From NCBI GenBank assembly GCA_965228855.1, contig CBDDIJ010000003.1, forward strand, positions 2,208,001-2,272,000: a stretch of DNA of 64,000 bases. Direction: 5' to 3'. Below the pieces are notes generated by a model. It saw nothing but the letters and a program-made list of their open reading frames with translations, searched no databases and was not told the DNA's origin. How positions within the stretch are numbered: position 1 is the first letter of the stretch; each line of letters begins with the position of its first letter. Source of the DNA: Candidatus Obscuribacterales bacterium (GTDB lineage: Bacteria; Cyanobacteriota; Vampirovibrionia; Obscuribacterales; Obscuribacteraceae). Shown here piece by piece: positions 10,801 through 25,800 of the stretch. A program made the translations under genes and the position numbers.

Positions 10801-13800
10801 GCGGTGCTATAACCATGGTCGCGGGTGCAGACTATACCGCTGACAGTCTCGCCGGCACGGTTGTAATTAACGGTCCCTCCTCCACCGGCGGCAGCATCGA
10901 CTTCGTAACCGGCGGGTCAATCACGACTCTTTCATCGGCAGCGACTTCGACAGCCACTGGTGACAACGCTGGAGACATTAATCTGATCGCCTACGCTGGC
11001 GGCACTACCAATAGTGGCACAGTGCGGATCACGACAGCGACCACAATCGACGCATCTGCAGCTGATATATCGAACAACGCTGGTGCAGTTAACATCATCG
11101 CCAGTGGAGTCAACGGCACTTCTACAATCAGCATCGGAGACATCGACAGCACAGGCGGCAGCAATAATCCGGTCAGCTCGATTAACGTATTGGGCGCCGT
11201 GGCTAATTCCAATGTTCTGCTCTCTCTGTTTAACGCGATACCTGCGAGCAGCTTCGTTCCTGTCAGTTCACCAGCAGGTGCTGACATCACCACCGGTGTA
11301 ATCGGTACAAGCGGTGCGAGCATAAAAGTGGACGGACAAGCCAATGTGACTACGGGGGCAGTTTCCGCTTCACCACTTGGATCAGACCAGACCGGAGGCA
11401 GTATCTCCATTGCCGGTGCACAAACAACTACCGGAGCGGTCACGACGAACGGCACTGGAACTGGCGGTGGCGGAAACATCGCCATCACCGGTCTGTCGGG
11501 GCTGACCACAGGAACGCTCACCGCCAATGGTGGCATTTCCGGTATCGGCGGCTCTGTTAGCCTCTACTCGAATTCCGCGACAGTTCTGAGCCACGCAGCA
11601 ATCAGCGCACAAGCAGGTGCCAACGGTTTGGCCGGAGGTTCGGTAACTGTTAGAAACGACGGGGCTGGCGGCATCAACTACAACGGAGTTGATGTGTCGG
11701 GAGGCATCGGCAGCGGCGGCAGCATCGACTTCGAGACAGCGGGGACTTTGAATTTCGTCTCCGCCAGCATGCTTGCAAATGGCGCAACCACCAGCGGTGA
11801 CATCAGTCTTCGTGCAGCCAACATAACCGGCTCCAATGGTTTAAATATCCAAGCTAACGGAGCTACACCTGGTGCTGGTCCTGGTATTGACATTGAAACG
11901 ACCGGAGTTGGTCCAGCGGGCAACATCACAATCCAGGGAGATGTGACCATTGCCAGCACCAGAAACGTACAGATCTTCAACACCGGCGGTCTAACGATCG
12001 ATACAAGCACAAGCGTCGGTGCTCTGGGCACGGTCAACATCACGGCTAATAGCCTCTTCGCAGGCGGCGTCAACATCTTTACCGCAGGTACATCTGGGAA
12101 CCAACAAGGACGAGCCGTCGGCATCACGACATCCGGTAACAGTACTCAAATCGGAGATATCGTCACAGCTGGCTTCGGCACCAGTTCAGGTGGAAGCGTC
12201 ACTATCACGAACAACAGCAGCACCGGAAGCATCAGCGCAGGCGCGATCAACACAAATGGTGGCGTTGTAGGTAATGCAGGGGCCGTGCTCGTGACCGCTG
12301 CGTCAAACGGTTTAATTTCCATAAACTCCGTGAGCGCGACTGGAGGATCCTTCGCAGGAGACGGTGGGTCAGTCACCATCAGAAACGATGGAACTGCACT
12401 CGCTGCAGGTTCCGTAAGAGTGGCGGGTGGCGTCGATGTTTCCGCGCCGGACAATGCCGGATCCGTCATCCTGGATGCTGAAAGCACTAATGACGGTTTG
12501 GTTCAGATTGGCGGAACTATAAATGCCACCTCAGAGTTTGCGATTAACGGCTCTGTCTCCATTGCAGGCAGCCAGATACAAGCGCTCAGTTCGCTATTCA
12601 TCAATGCCGGATATGGTGGCTCAACAGACACTGGTTCAGTCAACCTCGTCGCAACTGCCGGCGGTCTTGTCTCCAGTGGCACCGCTATCAATATCTACTC
12701 TGGTGATTTCATCGGAATGAACTTAAATCCTGCTGCAGCAATTCAATCAGGCGGTGGAGATATCACACTCCATGCGGGTGGAGACCTGAACGGTAATGGA
12801 GCGAATATCAACGCCTCGGCGCTCACCGCTAATACCAATGGCGGTACTATCACGATAGATGCAGGAGAATTCGCGACTGGCGTGGGCGTCTCGCTGGGAG
12901 ACATCGTTTCTAACGGAAACGGCACCGGCACTGGCGGAACAATCGATATAACTCTTCGAGGTTCAGCGGTGAACTACAGTCTGGGAACCGGCGGAAGCAT
13001 TCGCTCGATCGCCTCACGTGGTGGAACAGGCTCGACCGGCGGCGATGTCTCTATCTCACAGACTTCTATCAACCCTCTATCGTTGCTAAACGGATTAGAC
13101 ATCGATGTCACCACGGCATCTGGCGATGCAGGCAACATCAATATCAGCACTCAGGGTGAATTGATGGTGACCAGTGGAGCAGTCACCCTCGCTGCTGAGG
13201 GTCAAACAGGCAGAAACAACGGAAATATCTCCATTCAAGCAACTAACGTTGCGATTGCCTCCGGCGCGACATCACTCACGCTGGATACGTTTAAGACAGG
13301 CTCGAACGCGGGCACCGGCAACATTGCGATCAATAACCTCGGTGGTGGTGGCATATACACGGCAGGCGGAGACTTCATTGTCGATGCAGGTAACAATTTC
13401 ACATCCAACGCGACATACGTTAACACCAACATCGGTGCTTCTGCTGGTTCCGGAAACGTGAGCGTCACTGCGCGCGGTGACATCAACTTCAGTGCAGCAG
13501 CACCAATTTCGACTGTTGCCGTTAATGCTGACCAAAATGGTGGAAATGTCACCCTCACTTCAGGAGCAGCAGGCTTAATCCGTGTTGGCAATATAATCGC
13601 AAACGGCGATGGCACCGGTGACGGTGGCACTGTGGAAATCACGGCCGGCACAGGCGAATTGCTAGATATCACATCGATCACGGCGAATGGCGGCACGAAC
13701 GGAGACGGTGGCACCATTAACGTGACCGCAGAATCAGCTACTATGCTCGACTTCACGAGCCTCATCGCTCGAGGCGGAAGCGTGAGTGGCAACGGCGGCA

Positions 13801-16800
13801 GCATAAGCCTGATCAACACCGGTGCTGGCGGCATTCGTATCGATAATGGCGATATCGATGTCGGAGTCAATCCGGCTGGCAACGGAAATGGTGGTTTTAT
13901 AACAATTGATGCGACTGCTGGACCTTCAGATGGAACAGTGCTCATCGGTAGCAGCGCTAATATCACTGCTGATGCAGGTTTGACTGGTGCTGTCGGTGGA
14001 AGAATCGAGATCACAGGCGCATCTATCGCGTTCACAGGTCCACCGGCGAGTGCAATCATAAGCGCTGTCAACGGAGACAATGCAAACGGCATCACGTTAA
14101 CCACGACTTCCACTGGAATCTCCACTAGCGGAAGCAATCTCAGTATCGCTACAAGCGGAGCCGCAACGATCAATCTGGCAAACGGTCTCTTAGCGACTGG
14201 CGGTGGTAACCTGAGCATCAACGCAGATGTGATAAATGCAGCTGGACAAACTTTCCAAACGAATTCACTCGCAGCCAATGCGAACGGCGGTAACATAACG
14301 CTAAACGCAGTTGGTGATGTGACGACCAGCCAACTCAACACAGTTGGTTCCGGAACCGGCAACGGCGGAGACGTCAACGTCACAGGAGCGCTGGTCACAC
14401 TAGGAGACATCAGTGCGGACGGCGGGCTAGATGGTGACGGCGGAGACGTCACAATCAATTCCACAAGATTCGCTCTGAGCAACATCCTCGCTAGAGGCGG
14501 CAGTAATGGTGGCTCAGGCGGTTCCGTTCTAGTCAACGCTAATACAAACTTCTCTAATTCCATATTGAACGTGGAAACAACCGGTTCGACTTCAGGTGGC
14601 GACGGCGGCAACATCACAGTCGCAAATGCTGGAAGCGGGCAAATTCAATTTAACGGCACAACTGGTTTGGTATCGTCCGCTCCAGCAGGAAATGCAGGAG
14701 ATATCACACTCACCGGAGGTTTGCTTTCATTCGGAGCGAATTCACGCAATATCATCGCGGATGGTGGCATCACCAATGGCGATATCACGGTTAACTCCGT
14801 CAACGTCGCGTTCACAAGCACTACAGGCACCAACACTATCCGAGCTTCGGGGACCGGCACAGGCGGTTCGATCACGTTTAATTCACCTGGTGGCAACATG
14901 ACGACCGGCGGCTCTGCTATCAGCATGGACACCAAAGGAAGCGTCACCCTCGCAATGCTATTCGCCGATGTCATCACCAACGGCGGAGCCCTGGCGATTA
15001 ACGCAGGTCAAGACATCGACGCAGATGCTGATTTCAATACCAGTTCCGCCACCGGCAATGGTGGCGACGTGACCCTTTCAGTGAGTTCCGGTGCAGGAAA
15101 TTCGATCTTCTTCAACACCATTAACGCAAGCGGTACGTCGGGATTCAATGGAGGCACTGTCCAAATCACTGGCTCCCAGGGCGGCACTGCATTCAACGGC
15201 ATAACCTCTAATGGTGCAGGTTCTGGTAACGGCGGCGCAGTGACGATATCTGCAGATCAGGACACTCAACTGGATATCGATGCGATCTCCTCGACCGGTG
15301 GAACCTCTAATGGAGACATTTCCATCACCAACGCTGGAGATGGAAACATTCGCGCAATCAGCTCTCTAACCGGCAGACAAATCTCACTGTCGAATTCCGC
15401 AGGAACCGGCGGAATAGCACTTTTCGGTGCGACCATCAATGCATCGAATGGAATCTTGCTCGACTCCGGTGCCGGAATAACTCAAACCGTTTCGTCCATA
15501 TCCGGCGGAGCGCTTGACGTGAGATTTGTAACTGGACCTGTAACTCTCTCTACAGACGTCGCGTCGATTACGACGAGTGCATCAGGTCAGACACTCACAA
15601 TCAATGAAACTTCAGGCATCAGCATTCTTGGTCAAAACATTGCCAGTCTCACAGTCAACTCCGCAAACGGGAACATAACCGTTGACGCTCCAGCTACCGT
15701 CACGGCACTACTCAGACTTAACGCCACCAATGGCGGAATCACTACGAGTGCTGCGGTTCAGTCCCCCGTTATAGAACTCCTTGCCGGCGGCGGCGACATA
15801 CTTTTCAATGGCAACCTGGTTAGCAGCGGTGCCAGCGGAGGCATCACGCTATCGTCGACCGGAAGTATCTCTGGCACAGGTAGCGTTCAGACAGACGCAG
15901 CAAGCTCAATCGGTTTAGATGTCACGTTGAATGGCTCAGGGAATGCGACTTTTAGCAATGCAGCAGTGAGCAAGCTCACGACAGCCGGCACCAGCAACGG
16001 TACCGTCACCATCAACAATGGCAACAACGCACTTCAGATCGGTGCACTCGGTTCCGCGCTCTCATTAGCGGCGAGTTCCACGAACGTTGGCGGAATTACA
16101 CTGACCCAGAACGGCAGCACCACTGGAACCGTGACGTTCAACGCTCCGTACTTCAGCGTCAACGATACGACGCTCCAGGCAGCCAGCATCCTGATTCAGA
16201 ACTTGAACGGCGGATTGACTGTCGATGGTGGCGCGACCCTCGGAACGTTGACAGGCACCACTCCTGTCGCCGGCGCTCCCGGAACTCCGAGCGTACCTAC
16301 AGCGATTAACATCGTCACTCAAGTTGGCGCAGCGCTGAATCTAGTAGGCGACATCAATTTCAATGGCGACTTGACGATCGACAACACCTTCGGTACAACG
16401 ACTTCGACGAGCGGCTCGTTATTCACAGGCAACAATAACGTTCGCCTCACAGCCGCTTCCTGGGTTCAGAATATGGAAACCAACGGAGGTATCGTCGGCA
16501 ACGACTTCGTGTTCACGATTTCCGCTGGCGGCACCATCATCAATACCGATGGCGACGTCAATCTCTCGGCTAATACCACACTCGTAGGTCAAGACTTCGC
16601 GATCGTCGCGCGAAACAACATCAACATGAACGGTGTCACGATCAACCTGTCCAACACAACAGGTGACGCCGGCAATCTCAGCATCATTGCGGGGTACGAC
16701 TTCACCACTAGCAGTGGCGGTCAAATTCAAACGCAAGCTCCCTATACCTTCTCTGGTTCATCTGTAGCAGGCGGCAGCGTAAATGCTACGGGAGCCCAAC

Positions 16801-19800
16801 TGATCACAACAGCAACCGGTGGTAACGGCGGCAACGTTCTCGTCGTCGCAAATAACGGTTCCGTCAATCTTGGCGGCTCATCTCTCATTGACGCGTCTTC
16901 CACGACAGGTGTTGGCGGCTCCGTCACCATCATCGGACAGAATGGAATTACCGCAAACGACATTACGACGAACGGTAACGACGTAGTTCTCTCGGTTTCC
17001 GCACCGCAAATCCTCGGCGGACCACTCGTCGTGACCGATGGAACCCTATCTGGCGGCATCGTCGACGCGTCCGCTGCAGTGACAGACGGCAACTTGCAAC
17101 TCCACAACATCAACGGCGCTAGCAATGTCCAACTCCGTGGAGGAAACGGTGCTTCCAACACAATCACGCAGACAGCAGGCGGAGTGGTAAATGCATCCAA
17201 CCTTCGCGTGGTACTCGAAAACGGCAGCGCTACGCTGGCAGGAAACGCTGGTCTGTTAAACGCGATCGTCGGAGGCGCAGGCTCCGTGACTCTCGATAAC
17301 GGATCTACCGATATCAATCTCGTTGTTTCGAATTCGAATACAGCTCAAAACATCGATGTCAGAACCACAGGCTCGCTAGTTCTCTCCTCCGACATAACCG
17401 CAGGTAGCTTGACGCTATACGGTGGTGGAATCGGTCTCAACGTCAATCGGAACGTCACCGTGAACGGAGCGACAGTGATCCGGTCCACAGCAGGTCCGCT
17501 CACGGTTACAAACGCAATCTCCGGTGGCAGCGTTCTCCTGGAACAAGCAGCCGCGAACGGTTTAATCGATATCAACAACACGGTTACCTCCACGTCCGGC
17601 GCTGTGACTATTGAAAACGCGGGCAGCGGCAACGTTCACATCGACGGTGCGGTCAGCTCCGCTGCTGGAGTAAACCTCGTCATCGGCTCCGGTACCGCGG
17701 ATCAAACAGCGGCAGTATCCGGCACCGCACTCGGCGTCACCGTTGGAACCGGAACGGTCAACCTGAATACATTGAGCAACGACGTGGATTCGTTAAGCGT
17801 CACCGCATCCGGTGCAGCTAATGTTCAACTCAATAATGGAACCAACGACCTCTCGATCGATTCGATTGCCGCTCTATCGACCGGCGGACTAATCGTCAGA
17901 ACAACAGGCAATTTGGATCTCAACTCCGCAATAACCGTCAACACACTCACTCTGAGCGGCGGCGGAAGCGGACTGACGATCGACAACAACATCGTCACGA
18001 CTGGTCTTGCCTCAATCACGGCGACGGCAGGAGATCTCACCGTTGATTCCACCCACACAGTGTCTGGTGCTGGCGACAAACTGCTACAAGCCACAGGCTC
18101 AGCCGGTGACGTACTCATCAATGGCGGAGTCAGCGGCAACAACGTGACTTTACGAGCGACCACCTCGGGTGGTGATGTGACGATAGCCGCTGCTGTTACC
18201 GCGTCTGGTGGCACGATTGGCTTAGAAACGGACGGCGGCAATGTCTCGGAGACCGGAGCCGGAAGTTTGACAAGCAGTGTCCTCAACCTCAATTTTGGAC
18301 AGAGCGGCTCGTCAGCTACGCTCAACAACGCCAACAACGTAGGCACTCTGAATAGCCTCGGACTCGCTAACGGAACTACCGTTTCATTCAATAATGCGGG
18401 CAATCCGATTCAACTCGGAAACATAATCGGAACTGGACATAACTACCAGGTCAGCACAACAAGTGGTGCTATCACCACTTCGACAAACGCGTTCAATTTC
18501 GCGACCCTGGGTCTAACTACAGCAACCGGGTCCATCACCATTGATGCGGATATCACAGCAACGACCTCGGCCAATCTCGAGGCTACGGGCGGTTCCGGCA
18601 ACCTCACCATCACCAGTCAGGGTACGCTCACAAGCGCCGCTGGTGCGCTAAGTCTGACCAACCACGGCTCCGGCAACATCGCTATAAATGGAGCCTTAAG
18701 TGGCGAACAGGTAGCACTGCAAATTGCAGGAGGTCAAGTAAATCAATCTGGAACCGGAGTGCTGACGGCAGGAACACTCGACGTCATTATCACGGGAATC
18801 GGTTTCGCCAACCTGAGCACACTTCAGAACAACATTGGAGTTTTGAACACAGACGCCCAGGTCTTCGGCTCGACTCAAATCGATAACGGCAGCAATGACA
18901 TTGTGGTCAACAACGTTGTAGGTGGAACCCAAAATCTGTACGTTCACACTAGCGGTTCTATAGATTTGATGAACGACTTCACAGTGGGCTCGTTGAACCT
19001 GCAAGCGGGCAGCGCGCTAGACATCGATGTGGACATCGTTGCAAATAACGTGACCTCAATCACTACCGTCGGTGCTCCACTCAACATAACCAGTTCTGGA
19101 AGCCTCACAGGTTCAGGTTCCAAAACAATTCTCGCTGGTGGAACCTTCACCGCCGATGGTGCGCTCACTTCGACGAGCTTCGTCACCTTGCAAGCCAGCG
19201 GTGCTATCGACGTCAACGCGGCAATATCCGGCACCAACATCATCATTGATTCGTTCAATAGCGGTATCAGTCTAGATGGAGCAGTCACGGCGAGCTCTTC
19301 TTTGAGTATGTCTACGGTGGGCAACAATGTCATGAGCCAGACCGTTGCGCTCACGGCGCCGACTCTAAACATAACTCTCGCAAGTGGTTCCGCGAATCTC
19401 GCGTTCCCCGTCACCACTAATAATGTCGGCATTCTAAATACCAACGTTAGCGGTAATGGGTTCGTCGGTTTGAACAATGGTGCCAACGATATAACCCTCA
19501 ACAACATCGTCGGCAATAACCAGAGTTTGACCGTTTTGACGACCGGCAGCATGCTGTTCAACAGTGACTTCCAGGTTGACGCCCTCGGTCTGACTTCTAG
19601 CAATATGAACATCACGGTCGATATAGTCACCACAGGCAATGCCACAATCAACGGTGTGAGCGGCGACCTCGTCGTAGCGAATAGCGGAAGCTTAACCGGT
19701 TCGGGATTCAAGTATCTGAGTGCGCTGAGCGCTGGAACCCAAATAGATATCAACGGAGCCGTCACAGGAAGTGGGGTTACGCTGTTCCATCAGAATGGTG

Positions 19801-22800
19801 GCGACATCAGCCTTGATGCGGCTGTCACAGCCACGTCTGGGACGCTAACCCTCACAACGAGTTCCACCGGCAACATCTCGCAATCGGTTGCCTTGAGCGC
19901 TCCGACTCTGCAAATCAACCTGGGATCAGGCACTGCTACGCTGACTTCGGCAAACAACGCAGGGACTTTAAACACCTCTGTATCTGGTACCGGAAGTGTC
20001 GCGTTCAACAACGGAAGTAATGACCTGGCAATAAACACAATCACCGGTCAGAATCAGTCGCTGTCAGTCTCGACCACCGGCGAAATCACGACGTCGGGCG
20101 GACCATTCCAGGTCGTAGGGCTCGATCTTGACGCGACAGCGATCACACTCAACACTGCGGTCACAGCGACGGGTACCGCATCGCTCACAACAACGACCGG
20201 AGATCTGACAATTGCGGCGACCGGCTCTCTCATCGGAAGTGGAGACAAAACACTCCAGACCGCGAGTGGCACCATCGCCATCAATGGCAACCTGTCCGGG
20301 ACGAACGTCGACCTCATAGCGACTGGCGCCGGCAACATCTCTAACAATGCCACCATTAATGCCACCACGCTGGGTATCAGCATCACGTCCGGAACTGTTA
20401 CACAAACAGGTTCAATAACCGCGACAACCGTCAACACTTCAGTGACGAGCGGATCAATGACTCTCACCGGGAACTCAGTGGGCGCTTTGAACGCTACGTT
20501 CAATACGGTCGGCGCAGGCTCCCTTGTTTTCGGAAACACGACGGATCTAGCATTGAGCGTAACCGGAACTGCGGATTCGCTTTACATCGGCTCCGCCGGT
20601 GTTCTGGATCTTCAATCCGGCATCACGGCGAATTCGATTGGCTTGAGTAGCTCAGGTACCTTGACTATTGATCAGAACCTCGTTGCGCTGACCGGAATCT
20701 CCAACTTCACCTCCACCGCAGGAGATCTCGTAGTCACCGCATCCGGTTCCGTCAGCGGTGCCGGTTCGCTTCTCACCTTCTACGGTAATAATGTAGACAT
20801 CAACGGTTCAGTTTCGACCTCGAATGGTGACATCCAAATCGCCAATGCGGGAGGAGCTTCTCAGACAATCACGCTAGACGCAGCGGTGAGTGCCAGCGGC
20901 ATTCTGGAGATACTCGGTGGCTCTGGTACGACAACACAGACTGTTGCAATTTCAGCAAATCAGCTGACCGTCACATTGTTTGGTGGCACGGTCAATTTGA
21001 CCAATTCCGGAAACAACGTGACAAGTCTGACCACGAACGACCTCACGACAAGTTCAATCAACTTCAACAACGGAACTAACCCACTCACCATTGGCAGCAT
21101 CGCCGGTTCCAATCAAAGTCTGACTGTGTCGGCTGGCGCCATCACAACGTCTTCAGCGATTGTGGTGAACAATCTTTCCCTGACCTCGACCGGTTCTGGA
21201 AATGACATCACCCTGGCTGATTCGGTGACCGGCACGACGACCATCACGCTAAACTCAGCGGACGACATCGTACAGAGCTCCGGCACCATTGGTGGTGGAG
21301 CCTTCATGCTGACATTCGGCACTAACTCGCTCACACTTCAGACAGACGTGACATCGCTGACTAGTAGCGGCACTCCGGCAGTTTCCCAGTTGCAAGTGCT
21401 CGAAGCGAATAGTATTCAACTCCTGGCGCAATCGGTGAGCAACCTGTCAGTTACCGCAGGATTTGCGGGATCAGGCGACATCACAACCGGTGCCGACCTC
21501 ACAGCGACGACACTCTCGCTCAACGCCAACGGCGGCGACATCACGCTGACTAATAACCTTACTGCAGCAATAATCTCGTTGACGGCCTCAGGTTCGATTA
21601 CATCGGCAGGTGTTCTCGATGTAGACACTTTGACCCTCACCGGCGGCAATATTGGAACATCGCTGGCGCCAGTTCGCATCAGTTCAGCAACCTCGACACT
21701 GGTCACAATAGCCTCCACCGGTAATGTGTTCGTCTCGAAACTTGATTCCAATCTACTTGCAGTATCTCCAGGAGCTACGGCAACTAACTTGACTCTCGTG
21801 GCGGATGTTTTGGAAACAAGAGGCGCGACGCTTACCGGAGCATTCAACGCCACTGCCAATGATTACTCCGCCAACGGGACCCTCCAAGCCACCAGCATTA
21901 CCGTTGCTAGCGAAGCTGGAAGCGGTCTGGTCGTCAATGGACTCGCCAGCGCCGTGATGACCGCGACAAGCGGTTCAGTCAACTTCACTGCCACCGCCAG
22001 TGACCTCACGCTCAACGGCGCGATGACATTCAATGGCACCACGAATCTGACAGTGAGCCCATTCAACAATATCGTTGTAAGCACGGGTGCCAACTATGTA
22101 GGCAACGACACCGTCAATCTCAACACCTGCTCAATAGTTCTGCAAGGCAACATCAGCGGAGACCCGTTGAACTTCAACTGCCCGCTCGGCGCAGGCACCA
22201 TCGCTAACTCGACTGGTGACGTGGACCTCACAGGTTTGAATTTGAACTTCTCCGGTCAATCGTTGGCAATAATCGCTTCCGGCAACGTCATCGCTGGAAC
22301 AAATACGCTTATAAACCTCTCGTCCAGCACCGGAGATGCCGGTGACTTGCTCGTCGTGGCAGGTTTCGACTTCACACCGGCGACGGCTGGTCAAGTCGGT
22401 CCTGTAGCTACTTTGTTCACGATGGGGGCGCCGAACGCCACCGGCGGCAATATCAATCTGGTTGGTTTGACCGTCAACACCACATCGACGAACGGCGCAG
22501 GCGGTGACGTTCAACTAATCGCTAACGGCGGCTCCTCGTTCTCCGGTCAAATTGCTGCAGGAGATTTCAACACTACAGGCTCGACCGCGAATGGCTCATT
22601 CACAGTTATCGCTGAAAATGGATTTACCGCAGGAACAATAAGCAGCGGAACCGTTTCGATCACGAATGCAGAACCGGTAATCACCGGCGGAACCATTCTG
22701 ATTGGTAATGGCGAGCAACTCGGCTCCGGTTCATTCAGTGCCGGTGCCGCAACTTCGGGAGATATCATTGTAGGCTCCATCAACGCAAACGGTGCAGACG

Positions 22801-25800
22801 TCACAATCACTGCAGGCACCACCGTTTTTGACGACATCACCGTCACCTCCCTCGGCGCAAACAATTTGAACCTCAATGTCGGAGCAGGCATCGTTGAAAT
22901 CGCAAACAGCGACGTCAATGTTTTGAACACGAATGCAAGCGGCGCTGCTTTCATCAGATTAAATTCCAACGTGAATGGTATTCAACTTGGAAGCATCAGC
23001 GGCGCAACTCAAGACCTGAGCGTTACTGATGACACGTCGATAGCGACAACCTCCGGATTCACCACCGGCGACCTCTGGTTGGTTGCACCGACCATCTCGC
23101 TGGACCACGCTATCGTGACAACCGGCTCGACGAACATCACAGCAGTGAATTCTCTCCAACTCAATGCGAGTTTGACTGGCGCAGGCTACAAATCACTTTC
23201 TTCCAGCGGTACCCTCACTATCAACGCTCAACTCAGCAGCTCCGCTTACATACAACTTGGAGTCGGCGGCGTCCTTACGGACACAGCCCTGGGCTTCGTG
23301 ACGGCGCCCACACTGTACCTGTACGGTGATAGCGGCTCAGTCACGACCCTCGATTCAGCATCAAACAACGTCGGCACATTGAATACCGACAGCTCTGGCG
23401 CAGCCTCGATCGCCTACAGCAACGGCGCTAACGACCTCGTACTTGGCACTGTCACTGGTGCTGGTCAAAATCTGACGGTTTCAACAACTGGGAACCTTGA
23501 CCAGACAGCAGCGATAAACATCGCGAGCCTAAATCTTTCAGGCGGTGGAACCGGACTTAACATCGACTTCGGCATAACCACATCTGGTTTAGCCAGCCTC
23601 AACGCTACGGCAGGCGACCTCACAGTCACAGGAGTCATCGACGGAGCCGGTGATAAACAGCTCATAGCGCTTGGCGCGGTCAACATCAATAGCGCGGTGA
23701 GTGGACAGAATGTGAGCATCACAGGTAGTACCATCGCTCTCGACGCTACTGTCACCGGCTCTACAACAATTGCCCTGGACGCAAACGGAGCGATCACTCA
23801 GACATCCGGCAGTGTAAGTGGCGGAGCATTGACGGTGGCTTTCGGAAGTGGACCTCTCACACTCGCTACTGACGTCACCTCGTTGTCGACAGACGCGGTC
23901 GGTCAAAGCCTGACAATCAATGAAGCTAACGGCATTCAGCTGTTGGCACAAAACATCGATAACCTCCTTATCTCCGCGGGTCTGACTTCGACCGGCGCGA
24001 TCACCACGGGCACTACCGTCACAGTAGGCAACACGCTTAGCCTGACGGATAACAATGGAGGCATCAGCCTGTCTGATGGCATCCTTGCACAAAATACGCT
24101 TCTGTTCTCCAACACAAGCATCACGCAAAGCAGTGGTGTCATCAGTAGTGACGCGCTATCTATTGATGTCAGCGGAGGTAGTTCGACTCTAACAACTGAC
24201 GTGAACTCGTTGACCGTCGCCCTGTCGAACAACGCAACCGTCACTATCAATGAAGACGCCGGAATCGCGATAGTCTCGGGAAGCGGTGGAAACGGCAGCC
24301 TGACAGTGAATGCAGGACGCAACAACACCGGCGAAATTACGACCTCTGGTTCTTCGTTAAATACAATCGACGTCACTGGAACTCTGACGCTGGACAACGA
24401 TAATGGCGGCATAAGCTTGTCGGTCGACATCAATGGAACAACAGCAGTCAATCTCGATGCGGCGACCTCGATCAGCCAATCAGGAACCCTGATTTCCGGA
24501 GGGGCACTCTCGGTAGCATTCGGCACGACGGCTAGCCTCTCTACCTCTGTCGCATCTCTGACGACGAATGCGCCTGGTAGAACTCTGAACATATTCAACG
24601 ACGGCGCCCTGAGCTTGCTTGGACAAACTCTGGACACGCTCAATCTCACGAATCAGGGCGATGTCACTACGAATGCGACCTTCAGCATCGGCACGCTCAA
24701 CATCAGCACAGTCACTACAGGTGATATCAACCTCAATAGCAACGTGACCGGCACAACAGCTGTCCTTCTCGACGCTGCCGGCTCTATCAGCCAGGGAGCA
24801 GGCTATGTCCTGGCAGGTGGTGACCTCACCCTGACTTATGCCACTGGTCCCGTCACCCTGGCCACCGATGTCACTTCATTAACATCGAGTGGTCCTGGAA
24901 CCTTGACCATCAACGAAGACGATGGTATTCAACTGAATGCACAAAACGTGACTGCGCTCACTGTCAATGCGGGCAGAAACAATGCAGGCAACATCACCAC
25001 AGCGGCAGACATCGCCGTCACTGATTTGATTCTGGATAACAACAACGGCTCAATTGCACTCTCGAACAACCTGACGGCAACCAACGTGACACTTGATGCG
25101 TCCGGAACGATCACGCAATCGGCGGGCATAATCAACGGAACCACGCTTTCCGTTGGCTTCGGAAGCGGACCTGTTGCTCTGACAACCAACGTATCGAACT
25201 TGACCACGACTACCGGCGGTTCACTCACCGTTAGCGAAAACGACGGCATCAATCTGCTCGCTCAATCAGCGACTAATTTGACTGTCAATGCGGGTCTCAC
25301 AGGTGCAGGCGCCATCACGACCGGTGCAAACATCTCCGTCGCGGGATCACTCAATCTGACCAATAGCAACGGTGCAATTAACCTGAATAACAATATTGCA
25401 GGTTCCGTCGGTGTCTCACTCGACGCTTCCACTACAATTACGCAAGCTGGTGGCACCTCAATCAACGGTGGTGCGCTGAGCGTCGCTTTCGGAAGCGGAC
25501 CAGTAAGCCTGACCACCAATGTAGCGTCGCTAACCACGGACGCAGCCGGAAACGCCCTCAGCATCAACGAGGCCAACGGCATCCAATTGCTAGGTCAAAA
25601 CCTTAATCAATTGGTTGTGACGGCTGGTCTGACTGGGGCAGGTGATATTACGACCGGTGCAGATGTCGTAGTGCCGGTTCTATCACTAACCAACAACAAC
25701 GGGTCGATCGCCCTTTCCAATAACATCAATAGCACCACGTCGGTTGTCCTTGATGCTTCGGCAACGATCAGCCAGACCGCTGGCACTGTGACAACGGACG